Shown here one piece after another: positions 34,150 through 46,600 of a stretch of 64,000 nucleotides of DNA. The notes under the pieces are model-generated. The model ran no database searches. It was not told the origin of the DNA and worked only from the letters and a program-made list of their open reading frames with translations. Both the position numbers and the translations under genes were made by a program. The stretch lies in assembly GCA_008632985.1 (NCBI GenBank), contig QPGO01000016.1:406840-470839 (forward strand), in the 5' to 3' direction. How positions within the stretch are numbered: the stretch's first letter is position 1; each line of letters begins with the position of its first letter. Source of the stretch: Psammoneis japonica (taxonomy: Eukaryota).

Positions 34150-36668
34150 ATGACATCGAAAAGCCGTCGCATCGGGCCTTCAGAAAAAATTGTGTTTTTG
34201 ATGGTGGTTGTACTCTCCAGAGCAACTGGTTTTCTCACGCCAGTCACAACAAGGACACGTGTATTCCCATCGATTCACCGAGTCTCTCGATGCAGCGTCA
34301 CCATGCCGTCATATCAGGGCTCTGAGGCGGAACATACCTCGGGCCACCGATTCTCGGTTGAGCTGTTTTCTACGAATCAGCAGCAGCAGTCGCAGATGAA
34401 TGCTTCAACAAGCCCACGGTCGAGCACAAAGACTACGAAAGAAGCCAAGACATTGCCGGCATCCCAAGTTCTCCGTATCATGGCTATTGCGCTATGTTTT
34501 ACTGCAATTCAAAGTGTTTCTGAAGGGGCCTTGTCGACAGCATCAGTCCGGCTTTCTACGGCGCTCATTACAATGCTCGACTTCGCACCGGCAGCCAGCA
34601 AACAGTGGAAAGATACATCACTAGCCATTCAGGCCGAGCCATCCGTGGCGAGAGAGTTTTATAATCTAGTGAGAATGAAGACTCTAGGAGAACTTCTGGG
34701 TCTTGGCTTCATGATTGCGTCTGCAGATTTGGCACTTGTCGGCGCAGCTGTGGTGCTGTCTTCACACTTGGGCTTTTGGCTTGCAGGCGCAGGCAAGGCC
34801 CGAGTCAATGATAAAGGAGTATCAGTGCCAATGCCACCTGGACTTGTCAGTTCCATCTTTCTGGCTGATTTGAGCTTGTTGGTTGCCGTTTTGACTGGTC
34901 GATTCGCATCGACGGCACGATTGCGTTCGGGAGGAGCATACACATATTCTGCTTATGTCACCTTGCTCTGTGCGGAAAAGATCAAGAAGAGCTTCAAACC
35001 CAAACAGCAAGTGGAGAAGAAAGAAGAAGACGTGGCGATGAAAACTAACTCGTCCAAAGTACCTGAAATGGTTGCTCCGCAAGAAAAAGAGGTCCCGAAA
35101 CCGGCGGCAGAGACGTGGGACTTTGATTGGCGTCGTCAATGGTACCCTCTTGCATTTTCTAAAGTCACCGATAAGTCAATACCTCATCGTTTGGAACTCT
35201 TTGGAGAGCACTTGGTTTTGTGGCATAACGGTACGGGGTGGGCTGCCTTGGCTGACGCATGTCCTCACCGGCTTGCACCTCTGTCGGAGGGTCGTATCGA
35301 TGAAGCGGGTCAAATTGAATGCCCCTATCATGGGTGGACATTCACCAACCAAGGTGCTTGTACGGCAATCCCTCAAGCTTCCAATGGTACAAATGCCTTG
35401 GGAGCATGTAGTGCTCGAGCTTATCAAGTCGTTGAGAAACAAGGAATGATATGGGTATTTGGCGTTGTCGGAGCCAAGCCACAAGATGCGGACGAGTCCC
35501 TAATACCGATCTGCTCGGCCCTGGAGGACGATCGATTTGTGTGGATCGATTTTTCACGGGACTTGCCTTACGGTGCGGATACATTGTTGGAAAATGTCCT
35601 GGATTCCTCTCACGGTGAGTGTTGCACAGCCCCCGATGTAGTTGCTGTCGGAAGTACGTTTTGTTTTTGGTTGTATTTCTAATCAACTTTTGCGTTCGCT
35701 TCAAAGTACCTTTTACTCACCACAAGACGATAAGTAGAAGAGAAGCGGCTAAACCCTTACCTCTTAAATTAACAACTCCCATATCTCCCAAGGGCTTTAA
35801 AGGAGAGATGGAGATGGATGTACCGACTGGAAAGACCGGTGAACAGAACGCAAAACAAGGTCTTGTCACTTATCGGACAACAGGCTATGAAGCTCCAACC
35901 TACATGCACAACAGAATCCAAAGCGCCAATAAAAAGGATATGGACTTTGAAAAAGGTAGTGAAACTTGGACAGTTGTCTATGCAACACCAACAGGTCCAG
36001 GCCGATCGCGGCTATTGGCAAGATTTCCATTCCGCTTCCCACCACCCAAGCGACCTCTCTTGCTCCCTTTTCGATTGAATCTTCCCGCTCTTATATTCAA
36101 GTACTTGCCGGACTTTATCAATCACATGGGGCAAATGAAGGTGACCGATGACGACAACATATTCTTGCCAATTCAGGAACGCTACACAAGAGAAGTTGGC
36201 GGTTGGAAACGATACAAAATGCCGACAGAGGCAGATACTTTTGTTAGAGGGTTTCGACGGTGGTACTCTAAGGCTGGACCGCCGCCCTATTCAACATTTA
36301 TGCAAGATGCAATTTACAAGAGGGAACCTACGATAGAGGAGCTTCTGGATCGTAGGTCACAACATACAAAGCACTGTTCAAGCTGCCAAGGTGCACTGAA
36401 GAATGCCAAGCGACTTCGAGACGCTTCAAGGGCAGGTCTTATTGCGAGCGCTGCCGTGTCTCCTACGCTGATTGTCCAGAAAATGTACAAAACACTGGTC
36501 GGCATAACAATCGGTGCAGGGTTGCTGGCTCTAATCCGCAAAATGGCGTACCTTGTAGAAGAATCACTTACGACTGGTTTGGGGGATTATCCACCACCGA
36601 GAAATCGACCCGATATGAAGGGACGAAATCGCGAGCTTCGTACAGTAGAGGAAGGTAGAAAGTTCTGA
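34150..36668 (+). CDS. Plastid Rieske oxygenase (PaO/Tic55/PTC52-like) with an extra N-terminal hydrophobic domain; intron 35615-35706
   Basis: DACPHRLAPLSEGRI...ECPYHGW (Rieske), ENVLDSSH|VPFTHH (mononuclear Fe), HTKHCSSC, C-terminal TM helices, ATG-F presequence. Confidence 0.9.
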
Positions 36669-37196
36669 TACAGTGTAAAGTGTACCATACGAAAGATGAA
36701 TCGAATGTGTGAATCGAAGCCAGCTCTACTCGTATAGCTCTTCTGTAGCAGGAGATAGCATCCTGCAGCCACCTACCTACGAGTAAATATAGCAATAAAG
36801 CTCGCAAGTACCTGGAGATAGGGTCGCACTAGCTCTAGAAAGAGAGCGACAGACAGGCAAGACGACTCTCTAGCTATGTCGCGTCGCTCTGTGGTATCTA
36901 GCTGGATCGTCCTCACCGCAATCGACAGCATGCTACTGTAGGAGGGGCGAGGGAGTTGAGTAAGTCATCGCTGTCACAATCCACGTTTCACAGCTTTGGC
37001 TGACTAGCGATCAGCCCCCGAACAAACCACGGTCAACCCCGCCCGCAGGTCTTTGGAAAACGGGTGACAAAGACGGTCAAGGAGAAAGGACAAGAACTTT
37101 TCTCCTTAAAAAATGTAAGAATGCATCATTTTATGATTACAGTTCTGCAGTTCTTTGCAAACTACCGTGCGAACTGCGCAGCCAGTGCCTATTCAA

Positions 37197-38624
37197 TTAA
37201 GCTGTCTGAGGATCAGAAGCCTGCGCTGGCCTGGGAATATAGTCTTTCATTACCCTCCGGTGTAGTCGTCTAATGACTTTGGCATACTTTGTGTTGTTGT
37301 AAAGATTAAACTCCTCTGCTGGATCGCGCCTTAAGTCAAACAATTGTTGTCCGCCGTTTTCGTACCAGCAGTACTTCCAACGATTAAAGCGGATCATTCG
37401 GCCTGCACCATATCTGTATGTTTCACTAAGAGCTTGTCGCTTCCATCCATTCTCGGTGCCCAGAATGATCGGAACTAGCGATTTCCCGTCAAGTTTTAGG
37501 TCCTTTGGGACCGCAATGTTACACAAGTCGTACAAGGTTGGCACAATATCCATTAGCTGCGTGGGTGAAGAGACTCTCTTCCTTTTTGCTGTTGCAGCAT
37601 CTGGGTAGGACAAGATCATTGGCACCTTTACGGCGTCCTCGTAGAAACAATTCTTGTACCAAAGCCCATGCTCGCCAGCCATTTCGCCATGATCAGACGT
37701 ATATACAATGATTGTGTTTTCTCGCAGCCCCGTTTCTTTCAGCTTTTGAATGACACGGCCTATTTGGTGATCGGCAAAGGATATCATACCGAAATAAATG
37801 GATCGCGCTTTTTGTATCTGCGATTCGGTCAAATTTGCAAACCCGTACTTCTCCCGATCCACCCTGCTATTATGTGGCAAATCCTTTAGCATGTTATCTG
37901 TCACTCTGGGAAGATCAATCACATCCTTGTACATGTTGTAATACTTTTTCTCAGTTACGAATGGAAAGTGTGGTGCATAAAGTGACAATCCCAGAAAGAA
38001 CGGTTTCGTTCCCTTACTATACTCATCCAGCAGGCTAATGACGTGATCCGTAAAGATGACATCTTCATGGTGCTTTATGCTTTTGGGGATTAATCTTGCG
38101 TTTTCGGGAAGTCTCCCCACCTCATCTTTGAAAGATTCAAAGTCACTCGCTTTTTCATCTCTCAAATCATATGCATTATTGCCTTCCTTCCCAAACCCAA
38201 GTCCTGTGTTACTCGTTCCCCATTTCGGTTTGCCGATCCACTCGGCAGTATATCCCGCGCCAGTAAAGATTCGTGCAATCGAGTTGGGTGCGTTTCGCAA
38301 CACGTGCTGCTTGTTTGCCGTATTGTCAAAGACACCAACCTTGGACGGCATTTTACCCATGGCGATGGAGGCTCTTGCCGGCACGCAAATGGGGTTCTGA
38401 CAATAAGTGCTTTCAAAGAGAATACCCGATTTCGCCAGAGCATCCAAGTTTGGGGTCTTGATTAGGTCATGACCAGAAGCACCAACTAGAGCCGCGGCAT
38501 GCTCGTCAGCCATAAGAAAAAGTACATTAGGCTGTCTCGTTTCCTCTGCGTCGGCACGAGTCGAAAGAAGTGAAGCTGCAAGGACAATGGCAGTGAGTGT
38601 TGTGCTTGTAGCCAACCACTGCAT
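37197..38624 (-). CDS. Secreted formylglycine-dependent sulfatase (choline-sulfatase-like)
   Basis: Signal peptide, PNVLFLMADEH, TPNLDALA, CVPARAS (CxPxR), YTSDHGEMAGEHGLWYK, LFDLRRDPAE. No intron seen. Confidence 0.9.
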   Translation of the reverse strand: MQWLATSTTLTAIVLAASLLSTRADAEETRQPNVLFLMADEHAAALVGASGHDLIKTPNLDALAKSGILFESTYCQNPICVPARASIAMGKMPSKVGVFDNTANKQHVLRNAPNSIARIFTGAGYTAEWIGKPKWGTSNTGLGFGKEGNNAYDLRDEKASDFESFKDEVGRLPENARLIPKSIKHHEDVIFTDHVISLLDEYSKGTKPFFLGLSLYAPHFPFVTEKKYYNMYKDVIDLPRVTDNMLKDLPHNSRVDREKYGFANLTESQIQKARSIYFGMISFADHQIGRVIQKLKETGLRENTIIVYTSDHGEMAGEHGLWYKNCFYEDAVKVPMILSYPDAATAKRKRVSSPTQLMDIVPTLYDLCNIAVPKDLKLDGKSLVPIILGTENGWKRQALSETYRYGAGRMIRFNRWKYCWYENGGQQLFDLRRDPAEEFNLYNNTKYAKVIRRLHRRVMKDYIPRPAQASDPQTA

Positions 38625-39600
38625 TCTTCTCAGTTTCAAATAATGTTCTTAAAATGCCATACGGTGTAGCGGGGGGTTTAATGAAGTGTCTTGAGGGTCG
38701 GGGGTCCGGTGCAGTGAACACGAGCAAGGGGAGCGAGCTCGATGCGATGAATGAAGCCACACAATGAAATTGTGTGGGAAGAAAGTCGAAGTCATCGCGC
38801 CAGACATTTTTCCTCGAAAATTACATAGGCCCTCTCTAGCTGGGGCTATACTGTACCGCCTGTGACATTTCCAGCCACAACAGTCATCACGCACCGAACC
38901 CCCAGCACCATTTCATCTTTCAACCATGAATAGAACCTAACCATGCGGTACTGCATTATTCAATTAGTTCATGGTTGCGGCCTTTGCATCTCATCTTTTC
39001 GCTGCTCCACGATTCTTCACAAAAGAACCACTCGCACTGTCATTTTGGTTGCTTTGTGAAGCAACGGTTCTGTTCCCTTCCTCTAGCCAGATGTCAGGAG
39101 GAATGATGTCACAGGCTTTCTATTTCAACGGCTTTTGCTTTATCTTCTAAACTGCAAACGTCGAAGCCCGCCAGACCCATAGAGTTCTTAGAGCGTGTTC
39201 TCGAAGTAATATTTGCTCATGATTCGTTGTACGGTACTGTACTGTAGATCGCAATCTGCTTTTTGAGAGAGCATTTCGAACGAGAAAAGAATTACTCCTC
39301 GCAGAGGTCATCGATTCTTGTTTTTGTTGTTGTGCTTCTGGGCTGTTTAGCACAGTTTAACTGATGCATTGAAGCACTCATACTTGGGCTACTCCCTACG
39401 GTGTAGGGTAAAAACATTTCACAGAGTGTTGTCGAGATAGTTCGTTTTCTCCGAAGACACTAGTGACTCATTTACGTGGGATTCCACGGGATGAGCACGG
39501 AGGACTGCAGGGGATCGGAAATGTCCGAAATCTTCCGTTCTGGTCCCGTCCTCTCACATTTTTTACGTTTGCTTCTCACAAATTCATATTCTTTGCAATC

Positions 39601-40233
39601 ATGAAGCTCTCCGTCCTTACTCTCTTTGCGCTTTCCCTTGCTTTCTACTCTGCTTCTGCAGAGGCTCTCAAGAGTGAAAGCCCTAATGCTGTCACCAAAA
39701 CTGGCGGCCTTCGAGGCTTGTCCGAGCCCGCTGCAGAACCCGCGGAAGCGATAGTCTACGAAGAAGAAAGCGAGGAAAGCGAGGAAGAAAGGAAGCCCGC
39801 CAAGAAGCCTCATAAGAAGGACGAAGGCAAGATGAAAAAGAAGAAGAAGAAGGCCGCCAAGAAGGCCAAGAAGCCTGCCAAGAAGAAGCCTCGCAAGAAG
39901 AAGCCTGCCAAGAAGAAGCCCGCCAAGAAGCCTCGCAAGCATGCAAAGGCAGACGAGGGTGGAAGCTCCTCTAGCTCTTCCGCAAGTGCTCCTGGTGACT
40001 CTTCATCAAGCGCAGGCAAGGATCATGTCAAGAAGGCTCACAAGCCGGCACGATATGGAGGCGGTGGCAGTAGCTCGTCTGGAAGCGCTTCTACTTCCAC
40101 TTCATCAAGTGAAGGAACTGATCCTGCCAAGCATCCTTACAAACCGGCACATGCAGCTGTCGACGGTAGCTCCTCCTCTTCGTCATCCGGTACTTCCTTG
40201 AAAACCCCTGCAGGTGACTCTCACCCCTACTAA
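39601..40233 (+). CDS. Secreted Lys/Ser-rich silaffin/cingulin-like protein
   Basis: Signal peptide MKLSVLTLFALSLAFYSASA, LRGL (RXL), acidic block, KKPAKK repeats, poly-Ser/Gly blocks, HPY repeats. Confidence 0.7.
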   Translation: MKLSVLTLFALSLAFYSASAEALKSESPNAVTKTGGLRGLSEPAAEPAEAIVYEEESEESEEERKPAKKPHKKDEGKMKKKKKKAAKKAKKPAKKKPRKKKPAKKKPAKKPRKHAKADEGGSSSSSSASAPGDSSSSAGKDHVKKAHKPARYGGGGSSSSGSASTSTSSSEGTDPAKHPYKPAHAAVDGSSSSSSSGTSLKTPAGDSHPY

Positions 40234-40418
40234 GCACATGCTGCCGAAGTGAAATTAGAAAATATCATGTGGCTCAAAGAAAAGGCGGAGGGCCGTACGA
40301 GCATCAATGACCAATGAACTAAGTGTAACAAAGTCTCTAATGTTCTTTGTCTTTATCGGACGACTGTCAATTCCAGCACTCTAGCGCTTTGTCAACACCT
40401 ACATTTTGGATCAAGCCT

Positions 40419-41900
40419 CTAACCATACCAATAGTTCTCTTCTTCGTTAACGATGGAACTCATGTACTCCTCTTCCGCCGCTACATTTTCTTTGAGAGCC
40501 GACACAACAATCATAAAATCAATCATATCCACAAGTTCCACATTCGACATACTAGCAAAGTTAGCGATGAAAGCAGCAAACTCTTGCTTGTCCAGCTTGC
40601 CGTTGGCATCCTTGTCAAAAGAACTCATTACTTGCTTGGTCTCTTCCTCTGTTGTGTTCATGCGAGTCGTGTCGTGAAACTTCCTGTAGTCATGCCGGAG
40701 AGAAGAAACGAGATCGTCAAATGAGGCTCGTCGAGACATTATTTACACCACTAACCCAACAGTCACCTACCTCAGCCCAATATTCATTTCCTCGACACTG
40801 ATGCTTCCATCTTGGTCACTGTCAAACATTCCAAAAAGGCGGTCCATTTTGGCCATTTCCACCACTCCAAGATCAACAAATTCTTCATTGTCCGAAATGT
40901 CTAACAAAGCTCCGACGGTGGTACTATCCATAGAAAACTTCTTGATGACGTCCTCGTTAGTCACTTCGGAGGAGGCCTGAATAGCATTACGCGTCATGCT
41001 GTCGGCAACATCATCAAAAGATTGATTGGAAGTGGACGCGACGACATTGAGCATGAGTCTGGCGAAGTCCTTGTAAGACAGCTCTCTCTTTTTGGTTTCA
41101 TCAAACACAAGGAGAGCCGAAACCGCAGCATGACTAGCCTCATCAATTCCGTCCATCAACTTGTACATGCCTACGACGACCTCTTTAAAATCGACCGCAG
41201 CATCGTCATCTTGGTCAAAGACACAAAACAAAGCCTTCATGCGACGGTCCTTCATGGCATGACGCAAACTTGAGTCAACCGATTTCCGCTCCTTACTTTC
41301 TTCCTTCTTTTCTTCCTCTTCAGCCTCCGCAGCGACAGCGAGAGCTGCGTTTGCATTTCGTCAGGAGCGCCTCCGGTAGCGTCAGTATCGGCAAAGATTA
41401 CTTTTGTTGCCAACATTTCAGTGAGTTCTTGCAGCGAACAACCAATCTGAGGCAAGAGCGTGTCTTTGACCAAAGTTTCAAACTCCGTTTGATCGAGCAG
41501 TCCAGCGTCACCCACTTTCTCCACAGCTTTTGTTAGGGACTCAGCAAAAGCCCCGTCACCTCGAATATCACCGAGACCGGAGGCAAGGGCCGACGCGTTG
41601 ACCTTTCCGTCCTTCTCGAGTATATCAAAGAGAGCGGCGAGCTTCTTGTCGTCGGGCATTTCATCCAGACCCTGAAGCAGCTCAAGTTCACTCTGCAGAG
41701 CCATGATCTGAGACATGAGAGAAAAAAGAAACTTAGATACTGTACGACCAGAATACTATGGAGCTGTAGCAGTCTTTATGCCATACCTGAAAATCAATCT
41801 TGGACCTGGAGAGTTTGACAAACTCAGTTGCAGACGTTGGCTTATGTTGCTCATTGGCTTCCAAAGCAACGCTAGAAGCCCTGCGGAACGCTGCGTGTTA
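40419..41900 (-). CDS. Multi-EF-hand calcium-binding protein, multi-exon; start uncertain; apparent frameshift near 41340
   Basis: FDQDDDAAVDFKE, FDSDQDGSISVEE, FDKDANGKLDKQE. Confidence 0.75.
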
Positions 41901-42539
41901 CTTGACCATGGTGGATGAGGATGACGATATGCTTTAGCGTAACATAAGATCTTTGCACTACGTACTTTACCGGCATTCGACCGTCGTGAAAGGTCACGTC
42001 ACCCAGCAAATCCATAATGTTGTTTCTGCTTTCTGCTGGAAGTTAAGTTTGTGTGAAAGATGTGATCATCATCTCAATTGGGTCGCGTTTTCCCTTTGTA
42101 CGACTGATGTGGGAGGGAGGAAACCGTCAAAACGGCAGGGCCCGGTGAGCAAATTCATTCTTCCTCTCAAGCTGTTGCTGACATGCGGCAGCTAACAACG
42201 AATAGATGATTGCACACAATTGCAGAAAAGGTGCCATGCATCGCCCTCCAAACCCAACAAATCTCCACCGGTGCACCAAACTGGCTCTGGTGGCTCTCTG
42301 AAAACAACACAGCCGTCCAGCAAGTGTCAATCCTTCTGCCACAGGGCCAGCCAGTCACATCCCAGGAACCACAAATCATGCTCTTTGTGCCACTTAGCCA
42401 AGGTTTCAAGTGCATGTGCAAAACTCATGTGATTGCTCATCACACAAAGACATGGATCGGCGATGACTGAACTCACAGCTGGTGGTGGCACACAGTCTGT
42501 TGACAAGAAAGCACAGTGGGAGCGACAGCCGTTTCAAAG

Positions 42540-43620
42540 ATTGGGGCTCCAAGAATGTAGTGAGTGAGAGGTTGGATTCTCACTCCCTTGCTCATCACCA
42601 ATGCAAGCCTTCCAATGCAACAGCCATGCTGTTTTCACTCTGAAAAGGGGCGGAGTCACGCCATGCTCATCGCCAGTGGCACAAACAAAATCCAATCCAA
42701 AGTCATGAAGCTGAGCCTTGAGTGCAGGCATTTTGGACAGTTGCAAGCCTGCTTTCCTCCATCACAGTCTTTCAGCTCTGAAGCTAAAGGTGATCCCTCC
42801 TCCTCTGTGATTTGGATGGAGGCCATTTCTGCTTTGCATTGAAAAAAGCTTTGCAGCCACGCTTCTCATCCTGCACAATGAGAGCCTTTCCTCCAGCCTG
42901 AGTGCAACCCGCCTTGACATTGATGTTGAGCCACTCAAAAAGAAACTTTGCAGCAGTTGTCACCCTCACACAAGCAGGTGTCAATTTTGTCATCTGCCAG
43001 AATGCACACTTTCTTCATTGGCTTGGAGCCTGGGATGATCTCATGTGGGCACACAGAGCATCATCTAAAATGCATGTTGTGATGCGACTGACATCAAGCT
43101 TGTCTCCATCATTGCATCAACCATTGCTGCTGGATTCTCTTGATGCACAGTGTGGGTTTTCAATGGAAAGTGCTGCCACAGTGTCAAGCATGTGTGCCAT
43201 GCATGGTTTGCACTGCATCTGCTCATGCACCCAAGAAGCTGTGGTGCATCAGCGACACTTGTTTCTTTTGGCAGTGGCGGAGATTTGAGTGCCATCACAT
43301 GGTTCTACAACTGCAAAGATGGAGTTTGTTGGAAGACAGTGACTGAGTGGAACCTTCTGAGTCAGCATTTCCCATTAGAGTGATTTGGTCAAGCAACAGA
43401 AATTCCAACTTGGTTGCACAAGAAGACAATTCTGGACTGCACTCTCAGAATGATTGTCTGTGCAAATTTGTTTCCATGAGTCTCTGCAGTCTTGACCTGA
43501 GGAGGGCATTTTGTTCCAGGATTTGCACACTCTGGATGCAGACCCAACCTCCCAAGCATCCAGCCAGTGTCTGATGAGAGAAGTCTCGTGAAATCATCCA
43601 TTTCAAAGTTTGTTTGGTGG
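42540..43620 (-). pseudogene. F-box-like gene relic, paralog A (heavily mutated)
   Basis: 42250-43620 aligns with 48465-49860. Shared KAxxTQAGGKALIVQ and LSKMPAxKxQ peptides. Confidence 0.65.
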
Positions 43621-43699
43621 CACCCTGAATCCACAGCCAGCACACTGTGGCAACCATGCAATCAGATTTTGGCTCAGACAGATCAGTGCAGATTTTCAA

Positions 43700-46600
43700 A
43701 TGGCTCCACAGAAACAGGTGCAGATTTTAAAAAAGAACAGATTTTTGCTGATTCTGCTAAAACTGAAACACGTTGTTGTCAGAATTTGGCAAATTGCGCC
43801 TTCTTTTGAAGACCCCTCCATGCCTGGCTCTCACTTTGTCACAGTCCAGTGGTCCATTGGCACTGCAAGGGGGGGAGACAGAAGGTGTGTGCATTTGCAG
43901 CATGCTGTTGCAGACAATTCAGAATTGTGTTTTGAGAATGGGCACCAATTGTGTGCAGCGAGATTTTCTGTGAGGACCCAAAACACCTGTCTTGACATTT
44001 GAAAACAAAGACCGGCTAAATCTGTGGCCACACATTTGCAACCCCTGAGCATCAAGGAGGTTTGCAGCTGGGATCCACTGCAGAGTTGTGGTGAAGGGGG
44101 GACAAGTGCTGCAAGAGCTCAAGGTGCAGATGCCAAGCAAGTTCACCCCACCTCGACCTCAAGTCTGATGCTGAATCCCCCACACAGTTGCAAAGCAAGT
44201 TCACATTTCAGCGAAAAGTGTGGCTGGACCCTCTGCTGCTTTCTCTGGAGTGTTCTTTGATCTGTCCATTTGTCATTGCACTTGGCAATCCAGCATTGAC
44301 AGGTTGTTTACATTTTCAAGCTTCTGCACTGTTTTTTGCCCAGAGCTGGCTTGCTTTGTTTTGCCATCAGAGAGAACAAACTCTGTTGGTCTGACCCCTG
44401 ACAACACCCAACAGCACAGAACTTTGGATCTGAAGTCAGAGGCACAAATGCTCCTGCCAGCATGCATGACCCAGAAAGTTGAGCAAGCTTTCAAGGCTTG
44501 GTGCCCATGTCAAGAGATTGTCCTGGTGATTTGCCATCATCACCTGGATGACTCTTGCAGGTTCAGTGCAGAGTGCTGAGTCTCAACTCTCAACAGTGCT
44601 GCAGGTGCTGAGAGCTTGTTGAAGTCCTGTGACAGGCTCTTTGGTGTTCAAGCCATGTCAGAGGAATGCCAGTGACAGAGGTCAAATCAAAGAGGCCCCC
44701 AAGAACACCAACACCATTGCCCAGTGATGCAATGCTGCAAAATCATGCTCAAGAGCAAGAGCACAAAACAGCCAGCAAGGAACAACCCATGAGGTGGGCC
44801 ATGTGAGACCACATTGGTGCTTTCCTTGCCACTCTCCTGTTGGCTGCCTCATGCAGATGAGGACCCCAAGATTGACACAAAGAATTGCTCCTGTTGTGGC
44901 CAATGTGGGCTGGCTTGGATGACCCAGGCAATGCATTCCTGAAGCCCCACCCATCAGCAAAGAGTCACAGCCATTCCTGCCTGACCAGCCCATCCTGTGG
45001 CCCTGCCCAGTGCCTGTTCTTGCACAACCACAGGACACACACAGCTGAGAACTTTGTTGACTTTACAAAAATCCCACTCCTTGCAATGACGCAACCACAA
45101 CACCAGTTGCCAGCACATGGGAGAGTGCTGACATGAGACTCTGTCACAGGAGTGCTTGTCATCCAAAAGACCATTGGCTCCCTGAGCTCAACATGCAGGA
45201 CAATGACAGCTCTGCCAGCCCAGTTTGGTTGATGTCCAAGATGATGACTCTCTCAGCACAACAAAAGTGGAGCTCAGCTGGGAGAATGACATCACCTCAG
45301 TGCCTGCCACCAGTGACAAGAAGACACATGATGCCAATGATGACTCAACACCACCCACTGGAGAAGGAGAACTCCACATGAAAAATGCCATGATGAGCCC
45401 CACATGCAGTCACAATGATGGAGGTGACAATGGATCATTGCTTGCTTTGGTCACCAAGGATGACAGCTCTCCACAAGCTCACAATGGCTCTGTCATCTGG
45501 ATCAAGAATGTGGCACCCCATGCTGAGACTGCATTGATGAGGTCATGCTGCCAACCTGTCCCATGGACCTGCTGGACTTGCAACTGCCATCTGATGAAGA
45601 CACTCACATGCCCAGCACTTGATCTTGGTTTTGAACTGGAGTTCTGGATGAGTCAGCAGATGCACCCAGTCCAACCCCGTCTGTTGTCACAGCCCAAATG
45701 GACAAATCACCCCACCACCAGAACCTCCATTTTTTCTGTCAGAAGGCATTGGCTTGTGTGCTGCTTGGACACCATGCAGCACTGCCCTTTCCACACAGCC
45801 ACAAGCTGCTTGAATGTTGGTTGGGCATGTTGAACGCAAAAGCATCGGTGATGCCTTGACTCATGAGAGATCTTGACAGATGGCACAAGTGGAAGAGGTT
45901 GTCTGTTGGTCAGCTGCATGCCCACACAACATTTCCAAGCACATCAACCTCTGCATTTCACATGACCCCCCACATCATGTTGGAGCTCTTTGACCCCAAT
46001 GTGTGCATCAAATGTGCTCATGTTCTGCCCCCTCCACTGCAGCAATGAGTGCGTCCCTGTCAAAAAGTTGGGCTGGTCTGTCCTGTGTCCATCAATGATG
46101 AAACAAAGCTGCTGCAAATGCCATCACTCAAGCTTGCTGGACAACTGCAGGGACAGGGAGAGTGCTCTGGGTGTCCCAGTTGACAATCCACCTCTCCACC
46201 CTCATCCAGAACCCCATCATTGGAAGCTTGGGCTCAGTGGATCAACTGTGTGTGCAAGAGGAAGAGGGCTTTTTTGACTGTGGAGTTGCTCACTTTGAAT
46301 GACAAATGTAAAAATGCTTTTGAACAGGGTGTTTCCTTGGCTGCAGCAGAGCACATGGCAGCACACACACTGAGTGCATCAAAAACTGCCCCTGTTGGTC
46401 TCCAATGCATGAGCTCACATGTGAACCACCCTTGGTTTACCTCAGTGACAAATTTGTGTGAATTCATGTGACTGATTTTTTTTGTCAGCTGATTGTCTCT
46501 GTCAGTCTCCAACACATGAACTCAGGTGTAAACCACCCTTGGTTCACCTCAGTGACACACCTGTGTGAATTTGTGTGACTCATTTTTTTGGTCAGCTCCT

